NCBI GenBank assembly: GCA_050309605.1
Contig: JBNRMN010000067.1
Location: forward strand, 64,001 to 128,000
Source: Anaerohalosphaeraceae bacterium
GTDB lineage: Bacteria > Planctomycetota > Phycisphaerae > Sedimentisphaerales > Anaerohalosphaeraceae
Direction: 5' to 3'
DNA: 64,000 bases
Positions 8,781 through 18,428 of this stretch are shown in pieces. The translations under genes were made by a program, and so were the position numbers. Under the pieces are notes generated by a model. That model ran no database searches, was not told the origin of the DNA, and saw only the letters and a list, made by a program, of their open reading frames with translations. Within the stretch, counting starts at the first letter, position 1. Each line of letters opens with the position of its first letter.

Positions 8781-9833
8781 TCAGTCCGAACAGGCACGCC
8801 CGCCGAGTATGCCGGTGAGAATCCGCAGGGCCGTTTGGATGTCCGTTTCGGATATTCCCGCGTGTGTGACCAGACGAAACCGCCGCGGAGCGACCGAGAG
8901 GAATTGAACGCCGCCTGCCTGCGCCTGATTGAGCAGTTGTTCATCTGATATCGTGTTGTCGTTGAGTGAAAAATAGACCATATTGGTCTGTACCGCGTTG
9001 ACATCCAAAGTAACGCCGTGGAGTGTTGACAGGCCGTGGGCAAGTGTTCGGGCGTTTTGGTGATCGTCGGCCAGGCGGTCGATCATCGTTTCCAGTGCAA
9101 CGATGCCCGCGGCGGCAATGACGCCGGCCTGGCGCATACCACCGCCGAGGCCTTTGCGGACACGGCGGGCTTCGGCGATAAAAGCGTTCGTTCCGCACAG
9201 GACCGATCCGACCGGACAGCTCAGCCCTTTACTCAGACAGAAAGACAGGCTGTCGCACGGTCGTGTCAGCTTGCGTACGTCCAGATTCAAAGCGACCGCG
9301 GCGTTGAATATCCTCGCTCCGTCGATATGCACGGCCAGTCCATAGCGGGCCGCCAGTTGGCCGACCGCATCGAGATAGTCGGCCCTGAGCACGGCGCCGC
9401 CGCATTTGTTGTGGGTATTTTCGAGGCTGATCAGCCTGGTCCGCGGGAAATGCACGTTGTCCGGGCGGATGGCGGCCTCGATATCGCCCAGACACAGCGT
9501 GCCGTCCGGCTGATTCGACAGGGTGTGCGGATGCACGCCGCCATAGGCACTGATACCGCCGGCCTCGTAGTAAAACGTGTGCGACCGGTTGCCGAGAATG
9601 ACCTCCTCGCCCCGGCCGCAATGGACCAGGACGCTGATCAGGTTGGCCATCGTCCCGCTGGGCGTTAACAGGGCGGCCTCTTTGCCGGTCATCGCCGCGG
9701 CCAACGCTTCCAGCCGAATCACCGTCGGGTCGTCGCCGAGCACATCATCACCCAGCGGCGCGGTTCGCATTGCCTCGATCATCGCCTCGGTCGGTTGAGT
9801 GACGGTATCACTGCGTAAATCAATCATTTTCAT
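8781..9833 (-). CDS. ltaE: Low-specificity L-threonine aldolase
   Basis: IDLRSDTVTQPT, PSGTMAN, ENTHN, HIDGARIFNAA, PLP-lysine motif CLSKGL, GGGMRQAG. Confidence 0.95.
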   Translation of the reverse strand: MKMIDLRSDTVTQPTEAMIEAMRTAPLGDDVLGDDPTVIRLEALAAAMTGKEAALLTPSGTMANLISVLVHCGRGEEVILGNRSHTFYYEAGGISAYGGVHPHTLSNQPDGTLCLGDIEAAIRPDNVHFPRTRLISLENTHNKCGGAVLRADYLDAVGQLAARYGLAVHIDGARIFNAAVALNLDVRKLTRPCDSLSFCLSKGLSCPVGSVLCGTNAFIAEARRVRKGLGGGMRQAGVIAAAGIVALETMIDRLADDHQNARTLAHGLSTLHGVTLDVNAVQTNMVYFSLNDNTISDEQLLNQAQAGGVQFLSVAPRRFRLVTHAGISETDIQTALRILTGILGGRACSD

Positions 9834-10188
9834 AGATATTTCCCATTCAAAAATTAACCAAACTTTGTTTTCTGAACGAGACCAAAAAACCAAGCCGGAT
9901 TCAGCCGCCAAGCGCAGCGGAGTTCATTGCCGTTGTATTATCCGGCTATAAAATACTTCAATGGGCGCCGAAAGACCATGTGGTTTTCCTGATGGGCCGT
10001 CTTTTTTTCCCTTATCCCTTTTTGCAGGCTGTTTTGTCGTGTTTCTGTATCCTGTTTTGGGAGAATAAAAATATGCTGTTGGGTTCATTTTGGTTGACGC
10101 GGGGTGTGTTTTTTGGTAAATAGGTCGTTTCTGTCAAAATGGACAAAGTGCATTCTTATCATTGTCGCCCCTGAGGTGTGTAAAGCGG

Positions 10189-11259
10189 ATGTCGCTGGAC
10201 GATTTGCGCAAAACGATCGATGCAATCGACGAGAAGCTCGTGGAGCTGATCAATCAGCGTGCGCAGGTCGTGGTTGAAATCGGCAAGCTCAAGCAGTCGG
10301 CCGCGACGCCGATTTATGTGCCGCATCGGGAAAAGGCGGTGTTCGATAAGATCGCCGAGCTGAACAAAGGCCCCTTGCCGGACAAGGCGCTGAACGCGAT
10401 CTGGCGGGAGATTATGAGCGGGTCATTCTTTCTGGAACGGCCGCTGCGGATTGGGTATCTGGGGCCGAAGGGCAGTTTTTCGCACAATGCGGCCATCCTG
10501 AAATTTGGCCAGAGCGTGGATTACGAGGCGCTGGCCGACATTCGCGGAATTTTTGAGGAAGTCAGCAAAGGGCACTGTGATTTCGGGATTGTGCCGGTCG
10601 AGAACAGTGCCGGCGGCGGCGTGCGCGAGTCGCTGGACGCCTTCATCGAGACTGATGTGATGGTCTGCGCCGAGGCGAATATGGCGATCCATCACCATTT
10701 GATGGCGACTTGCCCGATGTCGGCGATTGAGCGGATTTATTCGCAGCCGGAGATTTTCGCCCAGTGCCGCAATTGGCTGGCGGCTACGTTTAAGGACGCC
10801 GAGATGATTCCGGTGGCTTCGTCGTCGCGGGCGGCGCAGTTGGCGGCCTCGGAGAAGGCCGCGGCGGCGATTGCCTCGGCGATTGCCGCTGAGATCTACG
10901 GACTGAAGATTCTCTGTCCGGATATTGAGGATATTTCCAACAATATCACGCGGTTTTTGATTATCAGCAAGCAGGACGCCCAGCCCAGCGGCGATGACAA
11001 GACGATTATCTTGTTCAGTACCGCCCATCGAACCGGGGCGCTGGTCGATGTGCTGAATGTATTCAAGGAATACGACCTGAATATGACCAATATCGGGTCG
11101 CGTCCGAACCGAAAACGTGAATGGGAATATTACTTTTTTGTCGATTTTCTGGGCCATCGGCTGGACGCCAATGTACAAAAAGCGCTGGAGCAGGCCAAAG
11201 CGCATTGCCTGCAACTGTCAGTGCTGGGCAGCTTTCCGCGCAGCGCGACGGTGATGTAA
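10189..11259 (+). CDS. pheA: Chorismate mutase/prephenate dehydratase (P-protein)
   Basis: N-terminal chorismate mutase (LRKTIDAIDEKLVELINQRA), YLGPKGSFS, VPVENS, NITRF, ACT domain with SRP...WEYYFFVD. Confidence 0.95.
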   Translation: MSLDDLRKTIDAIDEKLVELINQRAQVVVEIGKLKQSAATPIYVPHREKAVFDKIAELNKGPLPDKALNAIWREIMSGSFFLERPLRIGYLGPKGSFSHNAAILKFGQSVDYEALADIRGIFEEVSKGHCDFGIVPVENSAGGGVRESLDAFIETDVMVCAEANMAIHHHLMATCPMSAIERIYSQPEIFAQCRNWLAATFKDAEMIPVASSSRAAQLAASEKAAAAIASAIAAEIYGLKILCPDIEDISNNITRFLIISKQDAQPSGDDKTIILFSTAHRTGALVDVLNVFKEYDLNMTNIGSRPNRKREWEYYFFVDFLGHRLDANVQKALEQAKAHCLQLSVLGSFPRSATVM

Positions 11260-11328
11260 ATGGAAAAGGCAAAATGTAAACGTCACAACAGTGTGGATCG
11301 CTAACCTACAATAGTGGAGATGTCTTCG

Positions 11329-12084
11329 ATGAGAAAACCGTTTATTGCCGGAAACTGGAAGATGAACACCAACAGCGCCACCGCCGTAGCGCTGGCAGCT
11401 GGACTGGTCAAGGAACTGGAATCTGTGGAGACGGTGGATGTCGCGGTGTGCCCGCCGTTTGTCTATTTGCAGTCGGTCGCGGCGGCGCTGAGTGCGTCGA
11501 ATATCGCGCTGGGCGCGCAGGATGTCTATTTTGAAGGCAACGGCGCCTTTACCGGCGAGATCAGTTGCGAGATGCTCAAAGATTGCAGTTGCAGCTATGT
11601 CATCCTTGGCCATTCCGAACGGCGGCATGTGATCGGCGAGACCGATGAACTGATTAACAGGAAACTCAAGGCGGCGATTGCCGGCGGGCTGATGCCGATT
11701 TTTTGTGTCGGCGAGCTGCTGGAAGAACGCGACGCCGGCAAAACAATGGACGTCGTCGAATCACAGGTGCAAAAAGGCCTTGAAGGGTTGTGCGAGGAGC
11801 GCATCCAGGCGGTCACGATTGCCTATGAACCGGTCTGGGCCATTGGTACCGGTCGGACGGCCACGCCCGAACAGGCGCAGGAAGTACATGCGGCGATCCG
11901 CGGCCTGCTGGAAAAAATGTTCGACAAGACCATCGCCGAGTCGCTGCGGATTCAGTACGGCGGGTCGGCCAAGCCGGGCAACACCGCCGAGCTGATGGCC
12001 CAGCCGGATGTTGATGGTCTGCTGGTCGGCGGGGCGAGTCTGAAGGTGGATGATTTTGCGAAAATGGTCAAAACTGTTGCGTAA
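11329..12084 (+). CDS. tpiA: Triosephosphate isomerase
   Basis: RKPFIAGNWKMN, GHSERR, AYEPVWAIGTG, YGGS, DGLLVGGASL. Confidence 0.98.
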   Translation: MRKPFIAGNWKMNTNSATAVALAAGLVKELESVETVDVAVCPPFVYLQSVAAALSASNIALGAQDVYFEGNGAFTGEISCEMLKDCSCSYVILGHSERRHVIGETDELINRKLKAAIAGGLMPIFCVGELLEERDAGKTMDVVESQVQKGLEGLCEERIQAVTIAYEPVWAIGTGRTATPEQAQEVHAAIRGLLEKMFDKTIAESLRIQYGGSAKPGNTAELMAQPDVDGLLVGGASLKVDDFAKMVKTVA

Positions 12085-12130
12085 ACGGTTTTGAGAAACC
12101 AATATTTTTCTATAGTTGAGGTATAACAAG

Positions 12131-12628
12131 ATGCTTTATCTTCCGCTTGCGAGTGTTTCGTTTGGGTGGAAATTGTTTGCGGTGCTGTGGGTGCTGCTGG
12201 CCGTGGCGCTGATTATGATTGTCCTGATTCAAAAGGGGCGCGGCGGCGGTCTGGGTGCGGCCTTCGGCGGCGGCGGAGCGAACAGTCTGTTGGGCACCAA
12301 AACCGGCGACTTTTTGACGTGGGTGACGATTTGTCTGGTCTCGTTGTTCCTGCTGGGTGCAGTGGTGATGGGCAAATTTATGCGTCCGCGGGAAACGACG
12401 CTGGCGCCGGCGGCGATGCCGCAAACGCAGACGCCCTCGGCCGGCGCGCCATTGGGCGATCAGATCGAGCAAGCCGCCGAGGATGCCGAATCGCAAGCTG
12501 AGCAAGCCGCGGATGATCTTACCGACCAGGCCGCCTCCGCTGAGCAGTCCATTGACGATGCGGCGAGTGAAGCGGGCGAGGCGCTGCCGGAACAGCCCGA
12601 AGAGCCGTCTGCGCCGCAGCAGAACTAA
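12131..12628 (+). CDS. secG: Preprotein translocase subunit SecG with acidic C-terminal extension
   Basis: VLIQKGRGGGLGAAFGGGGANSLLG between two TM helices; lies downstream of tpiA. Confidence 0.9.
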   Translation: MLYLPLASVSFGWKLFAVLWVLLAVALIMIVLIQKGRGGGLGAAFGGGGANSLLGTKTGDFLTWVTICLVSLFLLGAVVMGKFMRPRETTLAPAAMPQTQTPSAGAPLGDQIEQAAEDAESQAEQAADDLTDQAASAEQSIDDAASEAGEALPEQPEEPSAPQQN

Positions 12629-12656
12629 CCGGATGTGTCCGTCGGGAAGTACGGCG

Positions 12657-13541
12657 ATGATCAGCAGTATGACAGGATTCGGTCAGGCGTGCACCGAAAG
12701 CCGCGGCGTGGTTTATACCGTCGAGGTGCGCACCGTCAACAATCGGTACTTCAAGGCGCAACTGCGCCTGCCGGATATCGTTGCGTTTATGGAAGGCGAG
12801 ATTGAAAAGCTGCATCGTGAAAAGATTCATCGCGGCACGGTCTCCTATACGCTGCGAATGAAAAACATCTCCGGTCAGGCGCTGTTTGACATTGATGAAT
12901 CGACGCTCAAGACCTATATCGACCGACTGGAAGCGATGCCGGACGCCGACAGCGGCGTCTGTCGGATCGATCTGGCGTCGCTGCTGAATCTGCCGGGGAT
13001 TGTCCAGCCGATGATTCCCGATGAAGAGGCGGTCAACCAGATGCGTCGCACGATTCTGGGCTTGAGCAGCGAGGCGATAGACGAACTGCTGCGGTCGCGC
13101 CGCGAAGAAGGCGGCCAACTGGCCGAAGATATGCTGAACCACTGTGATGTGATCGCATCGTCATTGAACGCGATTCGCACGCAGGCGCCTTCCGTGGTGC
13201 GGGAGTATGGTGAAAAGCTGCGAAAGCGGGTCGATGAACTGCTGGCCGATGCGCAGCTTAAGATCGCCGAGGATCAGGTGGCACGGGAGACGGCCATTTA
13301 CGCCGACCGATGCGATATTGCCGAGGAAATCAGCCGACTGGACGGCCACGTACGGCAGTTTCGTCAGAGCTGTACCGACGGCGGGGCGGTGGGACGACGG
13401 CTGGATTTTATCGCGCAGGAAATGCTTCGCGAGGCCAATACCATCGGCAGCAAAAGCGCCAACGCCGAGATCATCCGCCGTGTGATTGACATCAAGTGTG
13501 CAGTGGATCGCATCAAAGAACAGGTGCAGAACGTCGAATAG
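12657..13541 (+). CDS. yicC: YicC/YloC family endoribonuclease
   Basis: SMTGFG, EVRTVNNRY, DIAEEISRL, GRRLDFIAQEMLREANTIGSK, IKEQVQNVE. Confidence 0.95.
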   Translation: MISSMTGFGQACTESRGVVYTVEVRTVNNRYFKAQLRLPDIVAFMEGEIEKLHREKIHRGTVSYTLRMKNISGQALFDIDESTLKTYIDRLEAMPDADSGVCRIDLASLLNLPGIVQPMIPDEEAVNQMRRTILGLSSEAIDELLRSRREEGGQLAEDMLNHCDVIASSLNAIRTQAPSVVREYGEKLRKRVDELLADAQLKIAEDQVARETAIYADRCDIAEEISRLDGHVRQFRQSCTDGGAVGRRLDFIAQEMLREANTIGSKSANAEIIRRVIDIKCAVDRIKEQVQNVE

Positions 13542-13545
13542 GCTT

Positions 13546-14121
13546 ATGATGGATACGTCAGCCAAACAGGGAACACTGGTTGTCATCAGCGGCCCGTCGG
13601 GGGTGGGCAAGAGCACCCTCTGCCGTCAGGTCGTCCGTCGGCTGGATGCGGTCTTGAGCGTCTCGGCCACGACGCGGCCGAAAGGCGCATCCGAGATCGA
13701 CGGCAAGGATTACTATTTCCTGTCGCCCGATGAGTTTCAGCGGCAAATGGAGGCCGGTCAGTTTTTGGAGTATGCCGAAGTGTTCGGCCATTATTACGGT
13801 ACGCCGCGTCAACCGGTCGAGCGGGCCATCGCTGACGGGCGCATCGTCATTCTCGAGATTGACGTCCAGGGCGGCTTGCAGGTCAAACAGGCGATGCCCG
13901 AGGCGATGATGGTGTTTATCCTGCCGCCGCGATTGGATGAGCTGCTGCGGCGGATCGAGAAACGCGCCCGCGGCGAAGACGCCGAAGCGCGGCAAAAGCG
14001 TCTGGCCCGCGCCGAAGCGGAAATCGAAACAGGCAAAGCCCGTTATGAATATTTGGTAGTCAACGATATACTGGACCAGGCCGTGCAGGACGTGATCGAT
14101 ATCATTCAGCAGCGGCTGTGA
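13546..14121 (+). CDS. gmk: Guanylate kinase
   Basis: SGPSGVGKST, SATTRPK, DGKDYYF, YYGTP, LEIDVQG. Confidence 0.97.
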   Translation: MMDTSAKQGTLVVISGPSGVGKSTLCRQVVRRLDAVLSVSATTRPKGASEIDGKDYYFLSPDEFQRQMEAGQFLEYAEVFGHYYGTPRQPVERAIADGRIVILEIDVQGGLQVKQAMPEAMMVFILPPRLDELLRRIEKRARGEDAEARQKRLARAEAEIETGKARYEYLVVNDILDQAVQDVIDIIQQRL

Positions 14122-14166
14122 GGTCAGACGTCAGAAGACAGAACACTTAATCAGAGAGGTTTGCAT

Positions 14167-14409
14167 ATGATTGAAGAACTGAAAGACACAGCGATTCTTA
14201 ACAAAGTCGGCGGGCGGTTTAAGCTCTCGGCGCTGATTCAAAAACGAATGCTTGAGCTGATGGAAGGCGGGCGGCCGCTGATCGAAGACACCGAGGGCAA
14301 AACGCAGATGGAAATCGTTATCGAGGAAATCCGTCAGGGCAAGATCGCGCTGGAAGATCCGGCTGTTCAGGACAACAAGAAAGACAAGACGGAAGCCGCT
14401 CCGTTTTGA
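14167..14409 (+). CDS. rpoZ: RNA polymerase omega subunit
   Basis: [15 protein letters not shown]; sits between gmk and coaC. Confidence 0.85.
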   Translation: MIEELKDTAILNKVGGRFKLSALIQKRMLELMEGGRPLIEDTEGKTQMEIVIEEIRQGKIALEDPAVQDNKKDKTEAAPF

Positions 14410-14480
14410 TTGTCTGACACCCATCGACGCAGCGAAGCGCCCCCTGCGGTCAATCAAACGTTGAGATGATGCACGTTGCA

Positions 14481-15044
14481 ATGAATCAGACGAACCAACA
14501 ACTTGAGAACGCCAGGATTCTGCTGGGCATCAGCGGAGGAATCGCGGCGTACAAGGCGGCGGACCTGGCCGGCAAACTGACCGCCGCCGGGGCGCAGGTG
14601 CAGACGATTATGACCGAGAACGCCTGTCGGCTGATCACGCCGGTGTGTGTGCAGGCGCTGACGCATCGGCCGGTTTACACCTCGATGTGGGTCGGGCCGG
14701 AGGATTTCAGAATCGGCCACATCGAACTGGCTGACTGGGCCGATGCGGTGGTCGTTGCGCCAGCCACGGCCAATATCATTGCCAAGACCGCCGCCGGCGT
14801 ATGCGACGACCTGCTCAGCACGACGCTGTGCGTCTGCTGGAACAAGCCGGTTTTGCTCGCCCCGGCGATGAACAGCCGGATGTGGGCCAACCCAATCGTT
14901 CAGGCCAATCTGGCTCGCCTTCAGGAACAACTCAAATTCCGTATTATCGGCCCGGAGACCGGGCGTCTGGCCTGCGGTACGGAAGGAATCGGTCGAATGG
15001 CCGAGCCGACGGCGATCATCGAAGAGATTCGGCGCATGCAGTAG
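14481..15044 (+). CDS. coaC: Phosphopantothenoylcysteine decarboxylase (stand-alone CoaC flavoprotein domain)
   Basis: GISGGIAAYKA, HIELADWAD, APATAN, PAMNSRMW, GRLACG..GIGRMAEP. Stops before the CoaB domain. Confidence 0.9.
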   Translation: MNQTNQQLENARILLGISGGIAAYKAADLAGKLTAAGAQVQTIMTENACRLITPVCVQALTHRPVYTSMWVGPEDFRIGHIELADWADAVVVAPATANIIAKTAAGVCDDLLSTTLCVCWNKPVLLAPAMNSRMWANPIVQANLARLQEQLKFRIIGPETGRLACGTEGIGRMAEPTAIIEEIRRMQ

Positions 15045-15276
15045 CCGACTCCGTCCAAAACGCCCAAACCGATCCGACAATCCCAAACATATCCCCGATC
15101 TATGACGGCTCCGATGTGTTTTTCATCCGTTTTGACTTTCAACAAATTACCATTGGAAATCCGCGCGTCCTGGGTATAATGGAGTCAATGAATGACAGGA
15201 AGCGGTTGCCGATACTGGACAGCGGGAACACCTTTATGTGGCGGTTGTTCGACGTTTCCGTGTGCATGGAGAACAA

Positions 15277-16428
15277 ATGACAGTCGGCCGGTTTCATATC
15301 GCCTGGATGGGATTGTGGCTGATCGCGGCGGGGACGGCCTCGGCCGGATCGCGGCTGCCGGCGTTTTTGGTTGGCGGTGATATTTCGATGCTGCTGCATC
15401 AGGAACAGGCGGGCGTTGTCTTTCAGGATGCGCAGGGACAGCCCAAAGAACTGATTGCCTTGATGACCGAGGCCGGATGCAATTGTTTTCGGGTGCGATT
15501 GTTCGTTGAGCCGACCGGCCGGGGCGGGGTGATTCAGGATGTGCCCTATGCAATCGCGATGGCCCGGCGCATCAAGGCGGCCGGGGGGACGTTTCTGCTG
15601 AATTTCCACTATTCCGATACATGGGCCGATCCGGCGCATCAGACCAAACCGGCGGCCTGGAACGACCTGCCGTTTGATGAGCTGGTCAAGACGGTCCAAT
15701 CTTATACGGCTGAGGTCATCGGGGCATTCAGGGCCGAAGATCTGCTGCCGGAGATCGTGCAGATCGGCAACGAAATCCACCCGGGGTTTCTGTGGCCGGA
15801 CGGTTGGCTGGGCGGGCCGGATTCGCAGGAGGCGTGGAAAAAATTTACAGCGCTGCTCAAGGCCGGCATTCGCGGGCTGCACAGCGCGATTGGGCCGGAC
15901 GATCATGTCAGCATTATGATTCATATCGCCTGCGGCGGCGACGTCGGCAAAACAGACTGGTTTTTCTCACAACTCGAACACTACCAGGTGCCTTACGATC
16001 TGATCGGACAAAGTTATTATCCCTGGTGGCACGGCACGCTCCAGGAGCTTCAGGACAATCTGGCCCGCACCGCCCGGACATTTGACAAGGATATTATCGT
16101 CGTCGAGACGGCCTATCCCAATCGGCCCATTGAGCGGTTTGAGGTGCGGGCCGACCGTAAAGAAGCGATGGTCTGGCCGTGGAGTCCGGCCGGTCAGTCT
16201 GCATTTTTGACCGAATTGATTGAGACAGTTCGCCGAACGCCGAACCGCCGCGGACGCGGCGTGCTCTGGTGGTATCCGGAATCGGCGCCGACCCCGCGCC
16301 CCGGCGGCTGGTATAACGGGGCGATGGCCTTGTTTGACGCCGAGGGGCGCGTCTTGCCGGCCATGCAGGCCTTCAGCGCAGCGGCACCGAGCGTAGAAAC
16401 CGAACAGGAAAACAGCGATTCAAAATAA
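15277..16428 (+). CDS. Arabinogalactan endo-1,4-beta-galactanase (GH53), secreted
   Basis: GGDIS, RVRLFVEP, NFHYSDTWADPAHQTKPAAW, VQIGNE, SYYPWWHG, VVETAYP; N-terminal signal peptide. Confidence 0.93.
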   Translation: MTVGRFHIAWMGLWLIAAGTASAGSRLPAFLVGGDISMLLHQEQAGVVFQDAQGQPKELIALMTEAGCNCFRVRLFVEPTGRGGVIQDVPYAIAMARRIKAAGGTFLLNFHYSDTWADPAHQTKPAAWNDLPFDELVKTVQSYTAEVIGAFRAEDLLPEIVQIGNEIHPGFLWPDGWLGGPDSQEAWKKFTALLKAGIRGLHSAIGPDDHVSIMIHIACGGDVGKTDWFFSQLEHYQVPYDLIGQSYYPWWHGTLQELQDNLARTARTFDKDIIVVETAYPNRPIERFEVRADRKEAMVWPWSPAGQSAFLTELIETVRRTPNRRGRGVLWWYPESAPTPRPGGWYNGAMALFDAEGRVLPAMQAFSAAAPSVETEQENSDSK

Positions 16429-16460
16429 AAACAGAACAACGGCTGCGGGAGACAATTACG

Positions 16461-17714
16461 ATGGCGGCAAATGCATTGTATGCGGGCAAGGCGGATGCGA
16501 TGGTGCTTCAGGGATTTCACTGGAAATCAAACGAGCATCCCTGGTATCAGATTCTCACGGATCGGGTCGGGGACATTCAGGCGGCCGGGTTTGACTATGT
16601 CTGGTTTCCGCCGCCGTCGGCCAGCGCCGATCCGCACGGCTATCTGCCGACGGAATGGTACAATCTCAACAGCAGCTACGGCACACGGGACGAACTGAAG
16701 GCCGCGATTGCCGCGCTGCGCGGCGGCTCCCGTTCCGTCGAAGCGATAGCCGATGTGGTGGTCAACCATCGCTGCGGGCTGAAAGACTGGGCCGACTTCC
16801 ACAACCCGAATTTCGCCCCCGAAGGCACGACCGATCCGAAAGCGATTGACAAAGCCAACCGTAAAGCCGTCATCCAGGAAGATGAATGGAAGGATGCCGG
16901 CGGCACGCCTGCCGGTGCGTCCGATACCGGCGAGCAATTCGACGGCGGACGCGACCTGGACCATACCAACCCGCTGGTGCAAGAGGCAATTGTCAACTGG
17001 CTCAACTGGCTCAAAGGCGAGATCGGGTTTGCCGGCTGGCGATGGGATTTGGTCAAGGGGTATCATCCGCGATTTGTAGGAATCTACAACGACGCCACCA
17101 AGCCGGCGTTTTCCGTGGCTGAGTTTGCCGAAGCCGAGCCGCTGCCGCTGGTCGATTGGATCAATCGCACCTACGGCAAGCCGGACATCGACGAAGCGCC
17201 CGACCGCACCGGCGGAAAGAGCTGCGCGTTTGACTTTGCCACGCGCTGGTTTCTGAAAAGAGCGTTCGAGGAGAATAACTATGAGCTGCTCAAGAGCGTC
17301 GATGGCCGGTGCGCCGGGCTGATCGGCCATTGGCCGGCGATGGCGGTGACGTTTCTGGATAATCACGACACCGAGCCGGCCAACCACAACGAGCCTTGTC
17401 CGTCCGAGCGCATCGCCGCCGGCTATGCGTATCTGCTGACCCATCCAGGCAAGCCGTGCGTGTTCTGGCCGCATCTGTTTGACTGGGATGACGCTTTACG
17501 TCAGACGATTGTGTCGCTGATGGAGCTGCGCCGTCGGATCGGGCTGCACGCCGAAAGCGCCGTCAATATCCTGGACGCACAAACCGACCTGTACGCCGCT
17601 GTCATCGACGACAAGATCGCCCTGAAGCTCGGCCCGGCCCCGTGGCAGCCGCAAGGCGACAACTGGCAAACCGCTCTGGCCGGTGAGGACTTTGCTGTGT
17701 GGAGTCGGTCATAA
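16461..17714 (+). CDS. Alpha-amylase (GH13, plant AMY-like) with C-terminal beta-sheet domain
   Basis: LQGFHW, DVVVNHR, GWRWDLVKGY (catalytic Asp), VAEF (Glu), FLDNHDT (Asp), YLLTHPG, LYAAVIDDKIALKLGP. Confidence 0.92.
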   Translation: MAANALYAGKADAMVLQGFHWKSNEHPWYQILTDRVGDIQAAGFDYVWFPPPSASADPHGYLPTEWYNLNSSYGTRDELKAAIAALRGGSRSVEAIADVVVNHRCGLKDWADFHNPNFAPEGTTDPKAIDKANRKAVIQEDEWKDAGGTPAGASDTGEQFDGGRDLDHTNPLVQEAIVNWLNWLKGEIGFAGWRWDLVKGYHPRFVGIYNDATKPAFSVAEFAEAEPLPLVDWINRTYGKPDIDEAPDRTGGKSCAFDFATRWFLKRAFEENNYELLKSVDGRCAGLIGHWPAMAVTFLDNHDTEPANHNEPCPSERIAAGYAYLLTHPGKPCVFWPHLFDWDDALRQTIVSLMELRRRIGLHAESAVNILDAQTDLYAAVIDDKIALKLGPAPWQPQGDNWQTALAGEDFAVWSRS

Positions 17715-17807
17715 TATGCGGTGAAATGTTCCCTTGTTATCCGATTAAACGGAATTATTCTTCTGCAACAGAATGGCGGCTTGGTTCAATGGAGTCTGCG
17801 TGTCGGT

Positions 17808-18179
17808 TCAGACGGCAAACTGAGTCAGATAGTCGTTGAGCAGAAGGGCGCTGAGAATGTCAAAAGGACTTTCCTGAACGAGTACAGCTTCTTTGGATTC
17901 GATCAGACGGCCGTTTGTTCCGTAAACCGCCCATGGAAAGCCGTCGATAATGCCAATACGCCGAATATCACCTCGCTGAAGGTTGCAAAAAGCCAGCACT
18001 TCTTCGATGTTCTTGGTCTGATTTCCTCCAGGCTGACCGACCCATTTTGCCTCTCCGATGATATAATGTGAGCCGGATTTGGCGATCAAGTCCGGACGCA
18101 AAAGGAATACGAATACTGCCAATTCCCGAATCTCATGGCGTCGGAAAAAACTCATCAACGCGATCTTAATGAATGTCAA
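17808..18179 (-). pseudogene. Probable fragment of a PD-(D/E)xK restriction endonuclease-like protein
   Basis: RPDLIAKSGSHYIIGEAKWVGQPGGNQ fits PD-x-EAK. Only about 95 aa follow the motif, and the TTG start has no clear RBS. Confidence 0.5.
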
Positions 18180-18206
18180 TGCTATCTGCTTCGTCGGGTT
18201 TTTAGT

Positions 18207-18428
18207 CTAATCTGATTCCCAAACGGAAATACCTTCGTTATTGTTTCCAATATCCAGTTCTGCGTTCCACCAAAGCGGTTCTGTCATAGAACCATCGTTG
18301 TCATTATGACTGCGATATCTTGAAAGTGCATATTCCAATGCCTTTTCTTCCGATGGGGCATAAACATCGATTTCGTAATTAACAGGCACTTTCATTGCCA
18401 AACTTACAGTATATTTTATTCTCTTCAT
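18207..18428 (-). CDS. Small hypothetical protein
   Basis: 73-aa AT-rich ORF (MKRIKYTVSLAMKVPVNYEIDVYAPSEEKALEYA...) overlapping the end of the upstream gene. Confidence 0.5.
   Translation of the reverse strand: MKRIKYTVSLAMKVPVNYEIDVYAPSEEKALEYALSRYRSHNDNDGSMTEPLWWNAELDIGNNNEGISVWESD

Noticed and set aside
17721..18071. Plus-strand 116-aa ORF
   Set aside because: It is antisense to the ORF carrying the PD-(D/E)xK motif and has no motif of its own.
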